A DNA stretch of 64,000 bases from Macrostomum lignano (lineage: Eukaryota). The stretch lies in NCBI GenBank assembly GCA_002269645.1, contig NIVC01001175.1, forward strand, positions 1-64,000. The letters run 5' to 3'. Under the pieces are notes generated by a model. The model worked only from the letters and a program-made list of their open reading frames with translations, ran no database searches and had not been told where the DNA came from. This document shows, one piece after another, positions 48,441 to 62,485 of the stretch (position 1 is the first letter of the stretch; the number at the start of each line of letters is the position of its first letter). Both the position numbers and the translations under genes were made by a program.

Positions 48441-51400
48441 ATGGGCCTGTTGGACATCCTGAAACGTTTCGGCAAGAAGGCCGAGGATCACGTGAAAATC
48501 AATCCATTTGTTCGGCGCGATGTGGACCCGTTTCTGGCCTGGGAGAAGGAGGACAAAATTGGCGATGGAGCTTTCGGTGAAGTGTTCCGCGGCCGGCAGA
48601 AGGAGACTGGCAGGCTGGCTGCCATCAAGCAGATCGGGGTTGACAGCGAAGAGGACCTCATGGATTACATGGTTGAGATTAACATACTGACAAAGTGCAA
48701 GCACAAGACTATTATTGAACTGTTTGAGGCCTATTTGTACGATAGCAAGCTGTGGCTGTGCCTGGAGTACTGCAAGTTTGGCGCCCTGGACTCTATTATG
48801 ATCGAATTGGACAAGGTTGGTTCCACTTCTCTAACAAACTTCTCTAACATACAGCTGTATTTTCCTAGTATAATTGCCTCGTTATCTTATTAGTAGTATC
48901 AAAAATGGTCTTAATGATCTTGATTGCCGAGTGATTTAAATAGATATTTCACACGAAACTTCCAATATTGACTTCAAATTATGGTAAAAATTTCGAGTCA
49001 GTGAAGGCGACTCTGACAATGTCTATCTCGATAAGATCCTTAGATTCCCAGTTGCTGGGCCAGCCTCCCAGATCCTCAGTTGCTAGGCCAGCCTCCCAGA
49101 TCCTCAGTTGCTAGGCCAGCCTCCCAGATCGTCAGTTGATGGGCCACCAGCCTCCCAGATCCTCAGTTGCTGGGCCAGCCTCCCAGATCCTCAGTTGCTG
49201 GGCCAGCCTCCCAGATCCTCAGTTGCTGGGCCACCAGCCTCCCAGATCCTCAGTTGCTGGGCCACCAGCCTCCCAGATCCTCAGTTGCTAGACCAGCCTC
49301 CCAGATCCTCAGTTGCTGGGCCACCAGCCTCCCAGATCCTCAGTTGCTAGGCCAGCCTCCCAGATCCTCAGTTGATGGGCCACCAGCCTCCCAGATCCTC
49401 AGTTGCTGGGCCACCAGCCTCCCAGATCCTCAGTTGCTGGGCCAGCCTCCCAGATCCTCAGTTGCTGGGCCAGCCTCCCAGATCCTCAGTTGCTGGGCCA
49501 GCCTCCCAGATCCTCAGTTGCTGAGTCAGTCTACCAGGTTCCACTTTTCTAAAAAATGTGGTAATTGGCGAGAGTAAATTTTGCTAGAGAGTAAATTATA
49601 AGAAAAAAGTGCCTTGTCATCTCAGTTGTATTAAAAATTGGTCTAATTGGTCTAGATGAAGATGGCCGGGTTATTTAAGCAGATATTTCGCATGAAGCTC
49701 CCAAGATTGACTTTGATTGTGAAAAAATTTCTAGCCTGTAAAGGCGAGCCTGACAGTGCCTGTCTCAATAAATCAATTCATAGTATCAATAAATGTTGCA
49801 ATGCTTGCAACAGTGCAGAGTGAAGAGTTGAATCTCCGGTGTGCAGGCGGTCCTAATAAATACTGCGCAATGTTTGTCAAGTATGGGGGCAGATAAACTG
49901 ATTATTTCATATTGTTATTCTAGTTGAGTTATAGTGTAGCAACAACAACCGCCGCAGATTTCGCACTTGGCTTTTTTGCGACCAAACTTTTGAGCTCAGT
50001 AACTATTTAACCCGGTGAGGCATTGCTGCTAGTCTGGCTATATTTGGAATAGTCTCTTAGAGAGTTTTAATATAGATAAGGTAAATGAATATTTTTTTCT
50101 AGTTTGAAAAATACGAATTCTACTATCTTTAAATACCAAAATAGGACTTTCCTCTGCTGAAGCAGTGACTAGCGTTGATAAATGAAAGCTGTTAAAATTA
50201 GTTGAACATCAATGCTTTAGTATAAAGCCATTGATAATGTCGCAGGCCTCACAACCAATGTGTGTATAATACGGCTGCCTCTTAAGCTGGCGCGCTCCGA
50301 TGGTTCAACTGCGTCTGCCACTCTTTGACACACTTAAAATTTACCTCTAGCTTTTCTGTTGATCCTTAGATCCACAGCCAGCCTCCCAAAGTGTCAGTTG
50401 CTGGGCCAGCCTCCCAGAGTGTCAGTTGCTGGGCCAGCCTCCCAGATCCTCAGTTGCTGGGCCAGCCTCCCAGAGTGTCAGTTGCTGGGCCAGCCTCCCA
50501 GATCCTCAGTTGCTGGGCCAGCCTCCCAGAGTGTCAGTTGCTGGGCCTACATCCCAAAGTGTCAGTTGCTGGGCCAGTCTCCCAGATCCTCAGTTGCTGG
50601 GCCAGCCTCCTAGAGTGTCAGTTGCTGGGCCTACATCCCAAAGTGTCAGTTACTGGGCCAGCCTCCTAGAGTGTCGGTTGCTGGGCCAGCCTCTCAGATC
50701 CCCAGTTGCTGGGCCAGCCTCGCAGATCCCCTCAGTTGCTGGGCCAGCCTCGCAGATCCCCTCAGTTGCTGGGCCAGCCTCGCAGATCCCCAGTTGCTGG
50801 GCCAGCCTCTCAGCCCCATCAGAACTGCTAACAATCTCCATTCTCCATTCCTCACTCCCCAATCCCCACACCAGGGCCTGGCCGAGCCGCAGATCCGCAT
50901 GGTCTGCCGCGAGGTGACGGACGGGCTAAAGTATCTCCACTCGCAGGGCGTCATCCACCGCGACCTGAAGGCCGGCAACGTGCTGCTGACTTCGGAGGCC
51001 GTCATCAAGCTGGCCGACTTCGGCGTCTCGGCCATGGGCGACTCGCCGGAAGTGAAGCGGAACTCCTTCATCGGCTCGCAGTACTGGATGGCCCCGGAGG
51101 TCATGGCCTGCGAGACCTACAATGAAGTACCATACGGCACTCAGGCGGACGTGTGGAGTCTGGGCGTCACCCTGATTGAGCTGGCCCAGATGCTGCCGCC
51201 TCATCACAACATGCAGCCGATGCGAGTGGCCATCCGGGTCATTAAGGGCGACCCGCCAAGGCTGGAGCGGCCCAAACAGTGGAGCGATGAGTTCAATCAT
51301 TTTTTGAGTGAGTAGTCAAAGCTGACATTTTTAAAATTACCCGAAAATTAATTTAAGAAACCTGCCGCTATAATAGACGGGTCATTTTCGCAAGCTCAAA

Positions 51401-53830
51401 ATTTTACAAGCTCAAATCTTCACAAGCTCAAATCTTCACAAGCTCAAATCTTCACAAGCTCAAATCTTCACAAGCTCAAATCTTCACAAGCTCAAATCTT
51501 CACAAGCTCAAATCTTCACAAGCTCAAATCTTCACAAGCTCAAATCTTCACAAGCTCAAATCTTCACAAGCTCAAATCTTCACAAGCTCAAATCTTCACA
51601 AGCCCAAATGATAAGGTTTCTTCAAATACAAAGAGTGAATCTTAAAGTCACTGTCATACTATCAGCGGCATATTGCAATGCTTTATCTAGTAGTCCTTGA
51701 ATCGGACTGGGCACCGTGTACTTTTATATGATTTGCACCCCACCGCAGGCCGCTGCCTCGTGAAGACGCCGGAAACGCGGGCCAACATCTCCGAGCTGCT
51801 GTCGCACAAGTTCATCTCCGGCGTGCAGGAGTCTGACCGCCGGGTACTGCGCAACCTCATCGCCGAGCTGCAGGCCTCACCCGAGGTCGAAGTTGAAGAG
51901 GTCGACCTTCGCGAGAGCGAATTGCGCGGCGGCGGCAGCGGCCTCGGCGCCGGCGTCGGCGGCGGCGGCGTCCGGGACAGCATCTTCCCCATCGCCGATT
52001 TGGACGTCGATGAAGACGCGGCCGGCAGCAGCCTTCTGCACGGCGAGCGCTCGCTTGGCGGCTCCTCTGGCAGGTTGAGCGCCGTCGGTGAAGCCGAAAC
52101 CTTCAGCAGCAGCAGCGTCGGTGGCGGCGCCGATGCCACGGTGACCGCTGCTGTCATCCAAGACGACGCCAAGTCCGAGGATTTGAGCGCCTCGTCTCCC
52201 TCTGTTGAGATTCCGCCGACGCCGCCGCTGGAGCCCGACGCTGCTCCGATTGTCGAACCGGCGGCCCCGGAGGCTCCAGAGGAGACGCCCAAAGCTGACG
52301 AGGCACCGACGCCCGCGTCGAGTTCGTCGCCGCAGTCGCCGTCGTCATTAGTGCAGCTGCCGCCGCAGACGCCCAACGCTGTTGTGCCGCCGCCAGATGC
52401 TTTCGCGGTGAGTTGGGCTGGCTTGACTGCAGTTTGGGGCTCCTGGTCTGAAGTTAGAAATTGAAGCATTATCATATCCCTGAAGCTGAGCATCATATCC
52501 CTGAAACTGAGAATTATCATATCCCTGAAGCTGAGCATCATATCCCTGAAACTGAGAATTATCATATCCCTGAAGCTGAGCATCATCATATCCCTGAAGC
52601 TGAGCATCATCATATCCATGAAGCTGAGCATCATCATATCCCTGAAGCTGAGCATCATCATATCCCTGAAGCTGAGCATCATATCCCTGAAGCTGAGCAT
52701 CATCATATCCCTGAAGCTAAGCATCATCATATCCCTGAAGCTGATCATCATATCCCTGAAGCTGAGCATCATCATATCCCTGAAGCTAAGCATCATCATA
52801 TCCCTGAAGCTAAGCATCATCATATCCCTGAAGCTAAGCATCATCATATCCCTGAAGCTGAGCATCATCATATCCCTGAAGCTGAGCATCATCATATCCC
52901 TGAAGCTGAGCATCATCATATCCCTGAAGCTGAGCATCATATCCCTGAAGCTGAGCATCATCATATCTCTGAAACTGAGCATCATATCCTTGAAGTCTCC
53001 TAACCCTAACTTTGTGCATTTTGTATAGAATGGGTATATGAAACTATGCTATTGTGATAATAAATCATTGTCATTTAAATAAATTAAAGTTTATTTCTTT
53101 GTTTATTATTAGCTATTTTCTAAGAAATCATTTTCTCAGTAGTAGTTTGACTTTTTGCCTGTATTTGTAGTAGAATCTAACAACTGTGACTAATGCTAAC
53201 TACTAATGTTTTAATAACCAGTGTACACTATGCAGTACACATAAAACGTACTTCTATTAACCCACTAACACCTGTGCATTCCCCATTAATTCCCCATTCT
53301 ATTTGCTGCTTGGAAATTCTCTTCTACACGTACAAGCAGCAAAAGCAAGCAGAACAGAAACAGAAACAGCTGCAGCGCGAGCAGCAGCCGAAGCCTCCGC
53401 CGGATGTAGAATCCGTTGACATTATCGTGATCACGGATGCGGATGCAGATGAGTCACTGGCTGCCCCTGCTGCTGCTCTTGCTGCTCCCGCTGCTGCGGC
53501 AGACTCTGTTGACGCCGGCTTTGCCAGCCCGTCGAAGTTCCGCTCGAAGTTCGCCGCCCAGCCTCCAGCAGCGGCATCCGCTGCTCGCGCCTCATCCTCG
53601 TCGACCTCCTCGACGTCGGCGGTTTCAACAGGCATTCGGCGAAGTCGCAGCAGCGCAGGCGCCGAGGTGTCCGGGCCGGTGTCCGGCGCCACTGCCGACC
53701 TCCTGAACCGGGACGCGGTACGCGAGAGGCCACGCCGAGATGGCGTTGAGATGCCTCATCTGAGGGCCAGCGCGTCCATCTTGATGTTTGAACAGATGCT
53801 TGGCGGCGCGTCTCCCCCAGCCCAGCAGCC

Positions 53831-53877
<47 letters not shown>

Positions 53878-56800
53878 TGCCAGCAGGCCATCAGCCGGTG
53901 CTTCTGCGGCAGCCGAAGCCAGCAGCAGGCGGGGTGCACCAGCGGCACCGGTCAGACGACCGATCCGAAGTCGGTCGAGTCCGGTCGGCATTCCTAGACT
54001 GGGATCGGAGCCTGCAGCACAGCCAGGCTAGCAAGCCGGCGCAGCCGCTGCCTGCCAAGGTTGCCATGGAGATTAATATTGTTTTTTTCACAGATATTTT
54101 TGCCTTGCGTTTTCTACTTGTTTTATTCTTGTTGTTTTTCTGTTGTATGAGCAACTGAGTAAGATTGAACCTGCACCAGCTTTTCTTAGAAATGATTTGT
54201 GCAAATGCACTAGCTCATTTCTAAGAAAATCAAGTGTGTTGCGTTCTACTTCAGCTGTCCATTTCTCGTCATTGTTGGCACTTTTCCAGACGAATTTTGC
54301 TCATTTGTTCCATTTGGCATTCTGGGTCCGAAAACTATTAGTCAAAAAGAAAAAAAATCAAATATAATACCCACACTTCTGCCCGACTCTTACACTGCTG
54401 ACCCTTTCTGACCCACAATAATAATAATATTAATAATTGATTACACCAGTCTTAATGGCCAGATGTGCAACCGACAGCTCAGCCGCAGCTATTGCGCGGC
54501 GCATCTGAAGGCTGCGTACGACTGTTCAGTCCAAGGACTGGGGGGTCGCCACACACTCGCCACTTACCCCAGCTAATGCTGGTACCCATTTTACAGCTGG
54601 GTGAACTGAAGCAATGCAGAGTTCAGTGTCTTGCTCAAGGACACAAATTGTTCCAGGTGGGTCGAGAATCGAACCACCGACCTTCAAGTCGTGAGTCTGA
54701 TGCTCTAACCACTAGGCTACAACCCCTACTACTAGGCTACAACCCCTACTACTAGGCTACAACCCCTACTACTAGGCTACAACCCCTACTACTAGGCTAC
54801 AACCCCTACTACTAGGCTACAACCCCTACTACTAGGCTACAACCCCTACTACTAGGCTACAACCCCTACTACTAGGCTACATTCCCAACAGAAGTCTGCA
54901 GACCCCATGTTTTGCCAGCTTTAGTGCCAGTTTGGCATGAGAGACAAGCGGCAGTGTCCTTAGCAGCAGTGCAGTGTTCAGAACAGAAACAACAACAAGC
55001 GCCTGTAGTGCACAACTCCATGGATAGAACTCCCCAGGAAGGTTCAAAGATGCTTAAGTCTACGAGATGGTTGTGCCTTCGTCGACATTGTCCCCTAGCC
55101 AGACGGGCTAAATTAGAATCTTGGCTTGGCTCTGCTCATGCAATAAACGCCAAGTTTGAGGGCCAACCTTTCAATCAAAGAGTGAAGTGTACATCCGGGA
55201 TGTACATGCCTAACGATAAATAAAGTTAGGGCCGCTTTACACTCTATGTAAGTGTGTGCCTGTGCGTATGACTGCGTACGTATCCATTCGCTTGTGTGCT
55301 TGCTCAGGGGATTCGGTTTAATAAACAGTAATTGCCTCTCGCCGGTTGTTTGACAATGCTGCTTAAAGTGCGCCAAGGTTGCACACAGCTGTTGAAGAGC
55401 TCGCTAAGGATGTCTATATGGTCAAAAGCCTATTTGATGCATGCAAGCCAATCAAACGAAATAAGCGCAAGTAAATTTAATTGATCCAGTATCTTCTGAG
55501 CATCAATAGGTCTGGAAAAGTGCTTGAGACGTGTTTTGCATTCTATTATTTTGTGGCCGTTTTTGAGTTCGATTCGAGCAGAGTCCTATATGGTCTACAT
55601 GTACATCTGTTTACATGGTTGTGGGCCTTTAACAACACTTCCCCATGACTTTGCACTGGCCGTAATTGAGCGCAAAAGTGGTCCAAATAGAATGAAAATT
55701 TAATACATAATTAGTCGCTTTGGTGTCATAAGAATTTTCCTCATTTTGACTCTGGGAGGCTTGATCCTTGATGAGCACTGCGGTTATTCGGATATTTGAG
55801 AGTTAGTACTCGTAATGTTCGTGACCTGTCATATTTTAGTATGCTTAGTATTGATTGATAATCATCACATTTGCCATCACTCGCATGTTTATGTCTGTGC
55901 GTTTGTCTCGTATCACCTCAGTCTTTAATGCGTTTTTTAAGCTTTTTTAGCTATATTTAGTGTTTATATAGACCTGTCCTAAATGTTCCTGATATTTTTA
56001 GATTGCGCAAATATCACCTTTGCTCGGTTATTGAGGCTTAAAAATAATGATTCTTATAGCTGAAATTTTATTTTTAGAATTTGGGCGTGGTTATTGGGTT
56101 TTTTATATCGAGGTGTGTAAGATATTGTAGTCAGCATATGCTACTCTTTCCTACTTACAGTAGAGTAGTTGGGAAATTATTTAATCACCGTTTTTAACTG
56201 ATTCATGTTTATTTATAAAAAAAATTACTCTATTGCCAGACCGTTGCCATCGCTTCGACGCCTACGCCTAACTCCGTTGCCATGGAGACAACGGACTCCG
56301 CTGTCGTTGATGAGATTCCAAAGAATCGTTCGCCTCGATCCAGCGTGTCCTCGGAGACCATCGAGAGCGACAACGAGGAGCAGCGAGGCAAGACGCAATC
56401 TTCAATTGACGAAGCCGAAATGGAGCGTTGTCTTTTAGAAGCAGAAGAGAAGAAGAGAGCCATTATGGAAGCGGAACTGGCCGCGGAAACTTCTTCCGGC
56501 TTGCTTGACGAGGTTCTGTTGGACGAATCTCAGGAGCCGAGCATACCTGCTGTTGTTATGCAGGTAAATTTAATAATTCATTGTTCTGAAGTGTGGAGGT
56601 TGCTGTTTTCTAACGTTGTAATATGCTACATTTTAAAGCTATCATCAAGTTGCCTTCAATTCATTTTGAAGGTTACCTGCTAAATTATGTTAAGCTGGTG
56701 GTAGGGATGATTAAGGGCTTAACTGATTAGTTATCAGCAGGCACCTAGTAGGTCAACTAGTAGGGTATCTGATAGGGTTAGTTACTAGGTTAACTAGAGT

Positions 56801-59208
56801 ATCTTCTAGGTTAATTATTAGGTCAACCAGTAAGTTAGTTAGGTCAACCAGTAGGTATGTGGTAGGTTGATTAGTAGGTCAACCAGTAGGGTATGTGGTA
56901 GGTTGATTAGTAGGTCAACCAGTAGGGTATGTGGTAGGTTGATTAGTAGGTCAACCAGTAGGGTATGCGGTAGGTTGATTAGTAGGTCAACCAGTAGGGT
57001 ATGTGGTAGGTTAATTAGTAGGTCAACCAGTAGGGTATGTGGTAGGTTAATTAGTAGGTCAACCAGTAGGGTATGTGGTAGGTTAATTAGTAGGTCAACC
57101 AGTAGGGTATGTGGTAGGTTAATTAGTAGGTCAACCAGTAGGGTATGTGGTAGGTTAATTAGTAGGTCAACCAGTAGGGTATGTGGTAGGTTAATTAGTA
57201 GGTCAACCTTTTTTACAGTTGTCATAAAATTGTGTTGTAAATTTCTAATGCCACCGCTGCCCCGTCTCCAACCCTGCAGGTCATGCAGGAAGAACTCAAC
57301 GAAGTGTCCAACATTGACGAATTGATCAGCTCAAGCTTCAATTTGGCCATCGGCGATCATGACAAAGATGCAGAAGAGCCTCAGCCTCAGACTCCGCCAC
57401 CGCCACCACAGCAGCCGCAGCCGGTCGTCACCGACATCGACGCCGTGCCTCCGTCGACTTCCTCTGCGTCGGCGGTTGTGCCGGAATATTCGACGGCCGA
57501 CCAGCCACCAACCTGCTCCTCGCCGGCGGCTATTAATGTCGAACTCGTAGCCGACACCTCAGTTAGCAACAATGTCGGTTTGAACGACTCGACATCTTCG
57601 AATCGATCGAATGTAAAGTCTGGCTACGGCTCTGTCACGGTGCGCAGCAGTGGCGGAGCTGCTGCGGCTGCTGCCGCTGCCGCAGGCGCCGGCGCATCGC
57701 TTTCTGTAGCGTCGGAGGTGTCGTCAATTGACGACGGCGCAAAGTCTGCGAGCGGCGGCGACGCTGCAGAAGAAACCGGCAACGGAATTAAGGTTGTTCG
57801 GCGACAGAAAGATGTGAGCTACTCTTAAATTTTGATTACTGCTTTCTGGTCATAGTGTATGATCTACGATGTGGTCATAGCGTATGATCTACGTTGTGGT
57901 CATAGCGTATGATCTGCGATGTGGTCATAGCGTATGATCTACGATGTGGGCATAGCGTATGATCTACGATGTGGGCATAGTCTATGATCTACGATGTGGG
58001 CATAGTCTATGATCTACGATGTGGGCATAGTCTATGATCTACGATGTGGCATAGTCTATGATCTACAATGTGGTTATACATGTAGTGTATGATCTACGAT
58101 GTTGTCATAGCGTATGATCTACGATGTGGTCATAGCGTATGATCTACGATGTGGGCATAGTCTATGATCTACAATGTGGTTATACATGTAGTGTATGATC
58201 TACGATGTTGTCATAGTGTATGATCTACGATGTTGTCATAGTGTATGATCTACGATGTTGTCATAGTGTATGATCTACGATGTTGTCATAGTGTATGATC
58301 TACAATGTGGTTATAGTCTGATCTACAATGTGATTATAGTCTATGATCTACAATGTGGTTATACATGTAGTGTATGATCTACGATGTTGTCATAGCGTAT
58401 GATCTACGATGTGGGCATAGTCTATGATCTACAATGTGGTTATACATGTAGTGTATGATCTACGATGTTGTCATAGTGTATGATCTACGATGTTGTCATA
58501 GGGTATGATCTACAATGTGGTTATAGTCTATGATCTACAATGTGATTATAGTCTATGATCTACAATGTGGCCATAGTCTATGATCTACAATGTGATTATA
58601 GTCTATGATCTACAATGTGGCCATAGTCTATGATCTACAATGTGGTCATAGTCTATGATCTACAATGTGGCCATAGTCTATGATCTACAATGTGGTCATA
58701 GTCTATGATCTACAATGGGGTTATAGTGTATGATCTACAATGTTGTCATAGTGTATGATCTACAATGTGATTATAGTCTATGATCTACAATGTGGCCAAA
58801 GTCTAGTATATGCTACTGTCCCTGTACATGCGTATTTGTTGTATATTTTATCTCCACGCTTTCTAGCGTGTTTCCATAGTCACTTTGGTTTTGTATTTTC
58901 AAATTTTACGCTCTAGGACAAGAGCTGAAGATCTGTCTGACTGCTTCTGGCTGTCAAAACTAATGAACTGTCAACCAAAACACCAACTAGAAAAGCTTTG
59001 TTTTTTCTTATATTCAGAAAAATTCCCTATAAAGTTCTGTTGCTTATAATAAATGTTTGATTTTTCTATTGCAGGCGAAATTCAACTCCGTGATCATCAA
59101 GAAAAAGCGAGTGTTCGTTGACGAAAGCGGCCAACAAGTGGTCACCACCACTATTAGAACTGTCAGGAAAGGAGATGAGCGCAAGATCCAAGATCAGTTC
59201 ATTGATCG
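48441..59208 (+). CDS. SLK: STE20-family kinase, SLK/STK10(LOK)-like; exons 48441-48815, 50875-51307, 51749-52407, about 53337/53340-54059, 56240-56563, 57280-57813, 59075-59208; likely continues downstream
   Basis: IGDGAFGEVF, AAIK, HRDLKAGNVLL, KLADFGVSA, RNSFIGSQYWMAPEV, DVWSLGVTLIELAQMLPPHH; exon 7 KKKRVFVDESGQQVVTTT resembles the SLK pre-coiled-coil motif; GT-AG junctions conserve frame (exon 4 boundaries least sure). Confidence 0.88.
49040..49525. repeat. 28/31-bp minisatellite (GTTGCTGGGCCAGCCTCCCAGATCCTCA), kinase intron 1
   Basis: About 16 tandem units. Confidence 0.93.
50375..50815. repeat. Second array of the same 28-bp family, kinase intron 1
   Basis: Variant units with AGAGTGTCA; ends about 60 bp before the exon 2 acceptor. 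Confidence 0.93.
51391..51605. repeat. 16-bp minisatellite (CAAGCTCAAATCTTCA), intron 2
   Basis: About 13 near-perfect units. Confidence 0.95.
52465..52995. repeat. 21/24-bp minisatellite (CATCATATCCCTGAAGCTGAG), intron 3
   Basis: About 23 units differing by a CAT triplet. Confidence 0.95.
54417..54729 (-). mobile_element. tRNA-derived CORE-like SINE
   Basis: Minus strand: A box TAGCCTAGTGG, B box GGTTCGATTCT, CORE-like GTGTCCTTGAGCAAGACACTGAAC..CTGTAAAATGGG, (ATT)n tail at about 54417-54435. Confidence 0.8.
54711..54880. repeat. 20-bp minisatellite (ACTAGGCTACAACCCCTACT), 8.5 perfect units
   Basis: Unit equals the 5' end of the adjacent SINE. Confidence 0.95.
56820..57207. repeat. 36-bp minisatellite (TAGGTCAACCAGTAGGGTATGTGGTAGGTTRATTAG), intron 5
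   Basis: About 10 units. Confidence 0.95.
57850..58805. repeat. 25-bp minisatellite (ATGATCTACRATGTGGTCATAGYST), intron 6
   Basis: More than 30 variant units. Confidence 0.95.
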
Positions 59209-59216
59209 GTGAGTGA

Positions 59217-60050
59217 ACACAATGATGCGGTCCAGTTTCTTATTACCATAGTTTATAGACACAATGATGCGGTCCAGTTTCTTATTACCTATTTTTAGAC
59301 ACAATGATGCGGTCCAGTTTCTTATTACCATAGTTTATAGACACAATGATGCGGTCCAGTTTCTTATTACCTATTTTTAGACACAATGATGCGGTCCAGT
59401 TTCTTATTACCATAGTTTATAGACACAATGATGCGGTCCAGTTTCTTATTACCATAGTTTATAGACACAATGATGCGGTCCAGTTTCTTATTACCATAGT
59501 TTATAGACACAATGATGCGGTCCAGTTTCTTATTGTCATAATTTATAGACACAATGATGCGGTCCAGTTTCTTATTATCATAATTTATGAGGCACAATGA
59601 TGCGGTCCAGTTTCTTATTACCATAGTTCATAGACACAATGATGCGGTCCAGTTTATTATTATCATAGTTCATAGACACAATGATGCGGTCCAGTTTATT
59701 ATTATCATAATTTTTGAGGCACAATGATGCGGTCCAGTTTCTTATTACCATAGTTCATAGACACAATGATGCGGTCCAGTTTATTATTATCATAGTTCAT
59801 AGACACAATGATGCGGTCCAGTTTATTATTATCATAGTTTATGAGACACAATGATGCGGTCCAGTTTCTTATTATCATAGTTTATGAGACACAATGATGC
59901 GGTCCAGTTTCTTATTTTCATAGTTCATAGACACAAGGATGCGGTTCAGTTTCTTATTATCATATTGTCATAATTTATAGACACAATGATGCGGTCCAGT
60001 TTCTTATTATCATAGTTATAGACACAATGATGCAGTCCAGTTTCTTATTC
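59217..60050. repeat. 42-bp minisatellite (ACACAATGATGCGGTCCAGTTTCTTATTACCATAGTTTATAG), intron 7
   Basis: About 19 units beginning 8 nt after the exon 7 donor. Confidence 0.95.
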
Positions 60051-60699
60051 TGTTTTAATTTTAATCTCATGTTTTCAATGAGAATTTCCTTGTCTAATAC
60101 CATAATGACCCATACCTGTGTTTCACGTGTTTAGAGTGTGTAACATTTTCTTGTTTGCCTTGAATTCTATTCTCGGGGGAAATATCCCGTTATTGATTAT
60201 TGAGTACAGTTGATTGCAGCTTAATCGGGCGTTTTCTCCTATCATCTCACCTGGCGAACTGATAGCAATATATACGAGTGCATGGAATATACCTTCAGAG
60301 TTCTCGTTTTCGCCCTATCCAATATTATAAATAGGTGCATTTTCTGCGAGCTGCTCCGAAGCTAAAGGTTGGCAACTGGAATTGATGACGCGGCCTGGAC
60401 CCTTGGCACCGAGGGAAAGGGAGGGGACGAAGGCAGGCGAGCCTGGGAGGTCAAGACTATCCATCCGCACTAGAAGGCTGCATGATTCTGTAGCAAATGA
60501 ATTATGGGCTGAAATCTTTGCTAGTTATTGGGATGGACTGTTGATGCTGCTGTCTTAGCCTATACATTTTACTGTAGATCGATGGGTCTTCTAAAAGTTC
60601 TAGTTTTTTTCTGCGTACCACTATATTGCGAATTATACCTAAACAATTAATGTGCCAATTAATTGCCAATGGTGGAAGGGTAGAATGGGTTTATAGGTG

Positions 60700-60874
60700 G
60701 AGATAGAGATAAGAGTTAGTGAGGAGATTAGAGGGAGATGAGAGGTAGTGGGGGAGATGAGAAGTAGAAACAGAGATGAGAGCGAGATAAGAAGTAGAGA
60801 GGGGCTGAGAGGGAGCGAGAAAGATAGATGAGAGGTAGAGAGGGAGATGAGAAGTAGTGAAGGAGATAAGAGGT

Positions 60875-60964
<90 letters not shown>

Positions 60965-61072
60965 GTTAGAGGTAGAGGGAGATAAGAGGGAGCGAGGAAG
61001 AGATGAGAGGGAGCGAGAAAGATAGATGAGAGGTAGAGAGGGAGATGAGAAGTAGTGAAGGAGATAAGAGGT

Positions 61073-61146
<74 letters not shown>

Positions 61147-61264
61147 GTTAGAGGTAGAGGGAGATAAGAGGGAGCGAGGAAGAGATGAGAGGGAGCGAGA
61201 AAGATAGATGAGAGGTAGAGAGGGAGATGAGAAGTAGTGAAGGAGATAAGAGGTAGAGAGAGAG

Positions 61265-61312
<48 letters not shown>

Positions 61313-61430
61313 GTTAGAGGTAGAGGGAGATAAGAGGGAGCGAGGAAGAGATGAGAGGGAGCGAGAAAGATAGATGAGAGGTAGAGAGGGAGATGAGAAG
61401 TAGTGAAGGAGATAAGAGGTAGAGAGAGAG

Positions 61431-61522
<92 letters not shown>

Positions 61523-61590
61523 GTTAGAGGTAGAGGGAGATAAGAGGGAGCGAGGAAGAGATGAGAGGGAGCGAGGAAGAGATGAGACGC
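60700..61590. repeat. AG-rich microsatellite with a repeated higher-order unit
   Basis: (AG)n runs separated by recurring ATAGAGATGTTAGAGGTAGAGGGAGATAAGAGGGAGCGAGGAAGAGATG blocks. Confidence 0.9.
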
Positions 61591-62099
61591 AGTCTAGTAG
61601 TGGGGTAGATAAGAGAACAAGTAGAGCATGAGTGCATCTGGAGTTCTGCACTAAACTGCTGCCAGAGAGAAGTGAATTTGGCAGTAGTTTCGCTATATTT
61701 TCCAGTTAACAACGCTATGAGTTTCAAGTGCCCTCTCAGCTGTTCGCTCGCTCAGCCACTCTGCCAATCTCGCCACTTGGCCCCCGCTCGGTCTTCGTGA
61801 CTTCCTCTTGTCAAATTGCGTGCACTTCATGCTCCGATCTCTCTCAACTAACAGCTATATATATTATATATTCAGTTTATAATAATGCCATTTAGTTTAG
61901 AAACTCGAGGAAGGGAGGCTTCTATAGCAATTTAGTCATTTTTTAGGTTTTCAGCTTTATATGAAGCCAATTAAATTCGAAATGTCTGTTTCGTGCGCCT
62001 CGGTGTGTCTGGATGTACTTTTACTGGCCTTTTTTCATAGGAGTCATTGAGACTTTTTCAGGTAGGTAGGAGTAAAGTAAATCTATTGGATACAGATAG

Positions 62100-62485
62100 A
62101 TGGTCTCTTAGATATTATCTTGGTATCTTAGATAGTCTCTTAGTATTTTAGATATTCTCTTGGTATCTTAGATAGTCTCTTAGTATTTTAGATATTCTCT
62201 TAGTATCTTAGATATTCTCTTAGTATCTTAGATATTCTCTTAGTATCTTAGATATTCTCTTAGATTGTCTTTTAGATAGTCTCTTATATAGTCTCTTAGA
62301 AATTCTCTCAGTAGCTTAGATAGTCTCTTAGATATTCTCTTAGTATCTTAGATATTCTCTTAGATTGTCTTTTAGATAGTCTCTTATATAGTCTCTTAGA
62401 AATTCTCTCAGTAGCTTAGATATTCTCTTAGATAGTCTCTTAGATCTTCTCTTAGTATCTTAGACATTCTTTTAGATAGTCTCTT
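62100..62485. repeat. 20-bp minisatellite (TAGATATTCTCTTAGTATCT)
   Basis: Tandem variant units. Confidence 0.9.

Noticed and set aside
51687-53028. 432-aa MMMLSFRD ORF and His-rich HHHIPEAE ORF
   Set aside because: Stop-free translations of a 21/24-bp intronic minisatellite and of the antisense of kinase exon 3.
54661-54729. Functional tRNA gene
   Set aside because: The tRNA-like head continues into a CORE-like body and an (ATT)n tail and lacks a proper acceptor stem, so it is a SINE.
55110-55700. Possible LINE reverse-transcriptase remnant on the minus strand (ACIK*AFDHID resembles KAFD)
   Set aside because: Single short motif with stops; no QG..LSP or YADD motif found.
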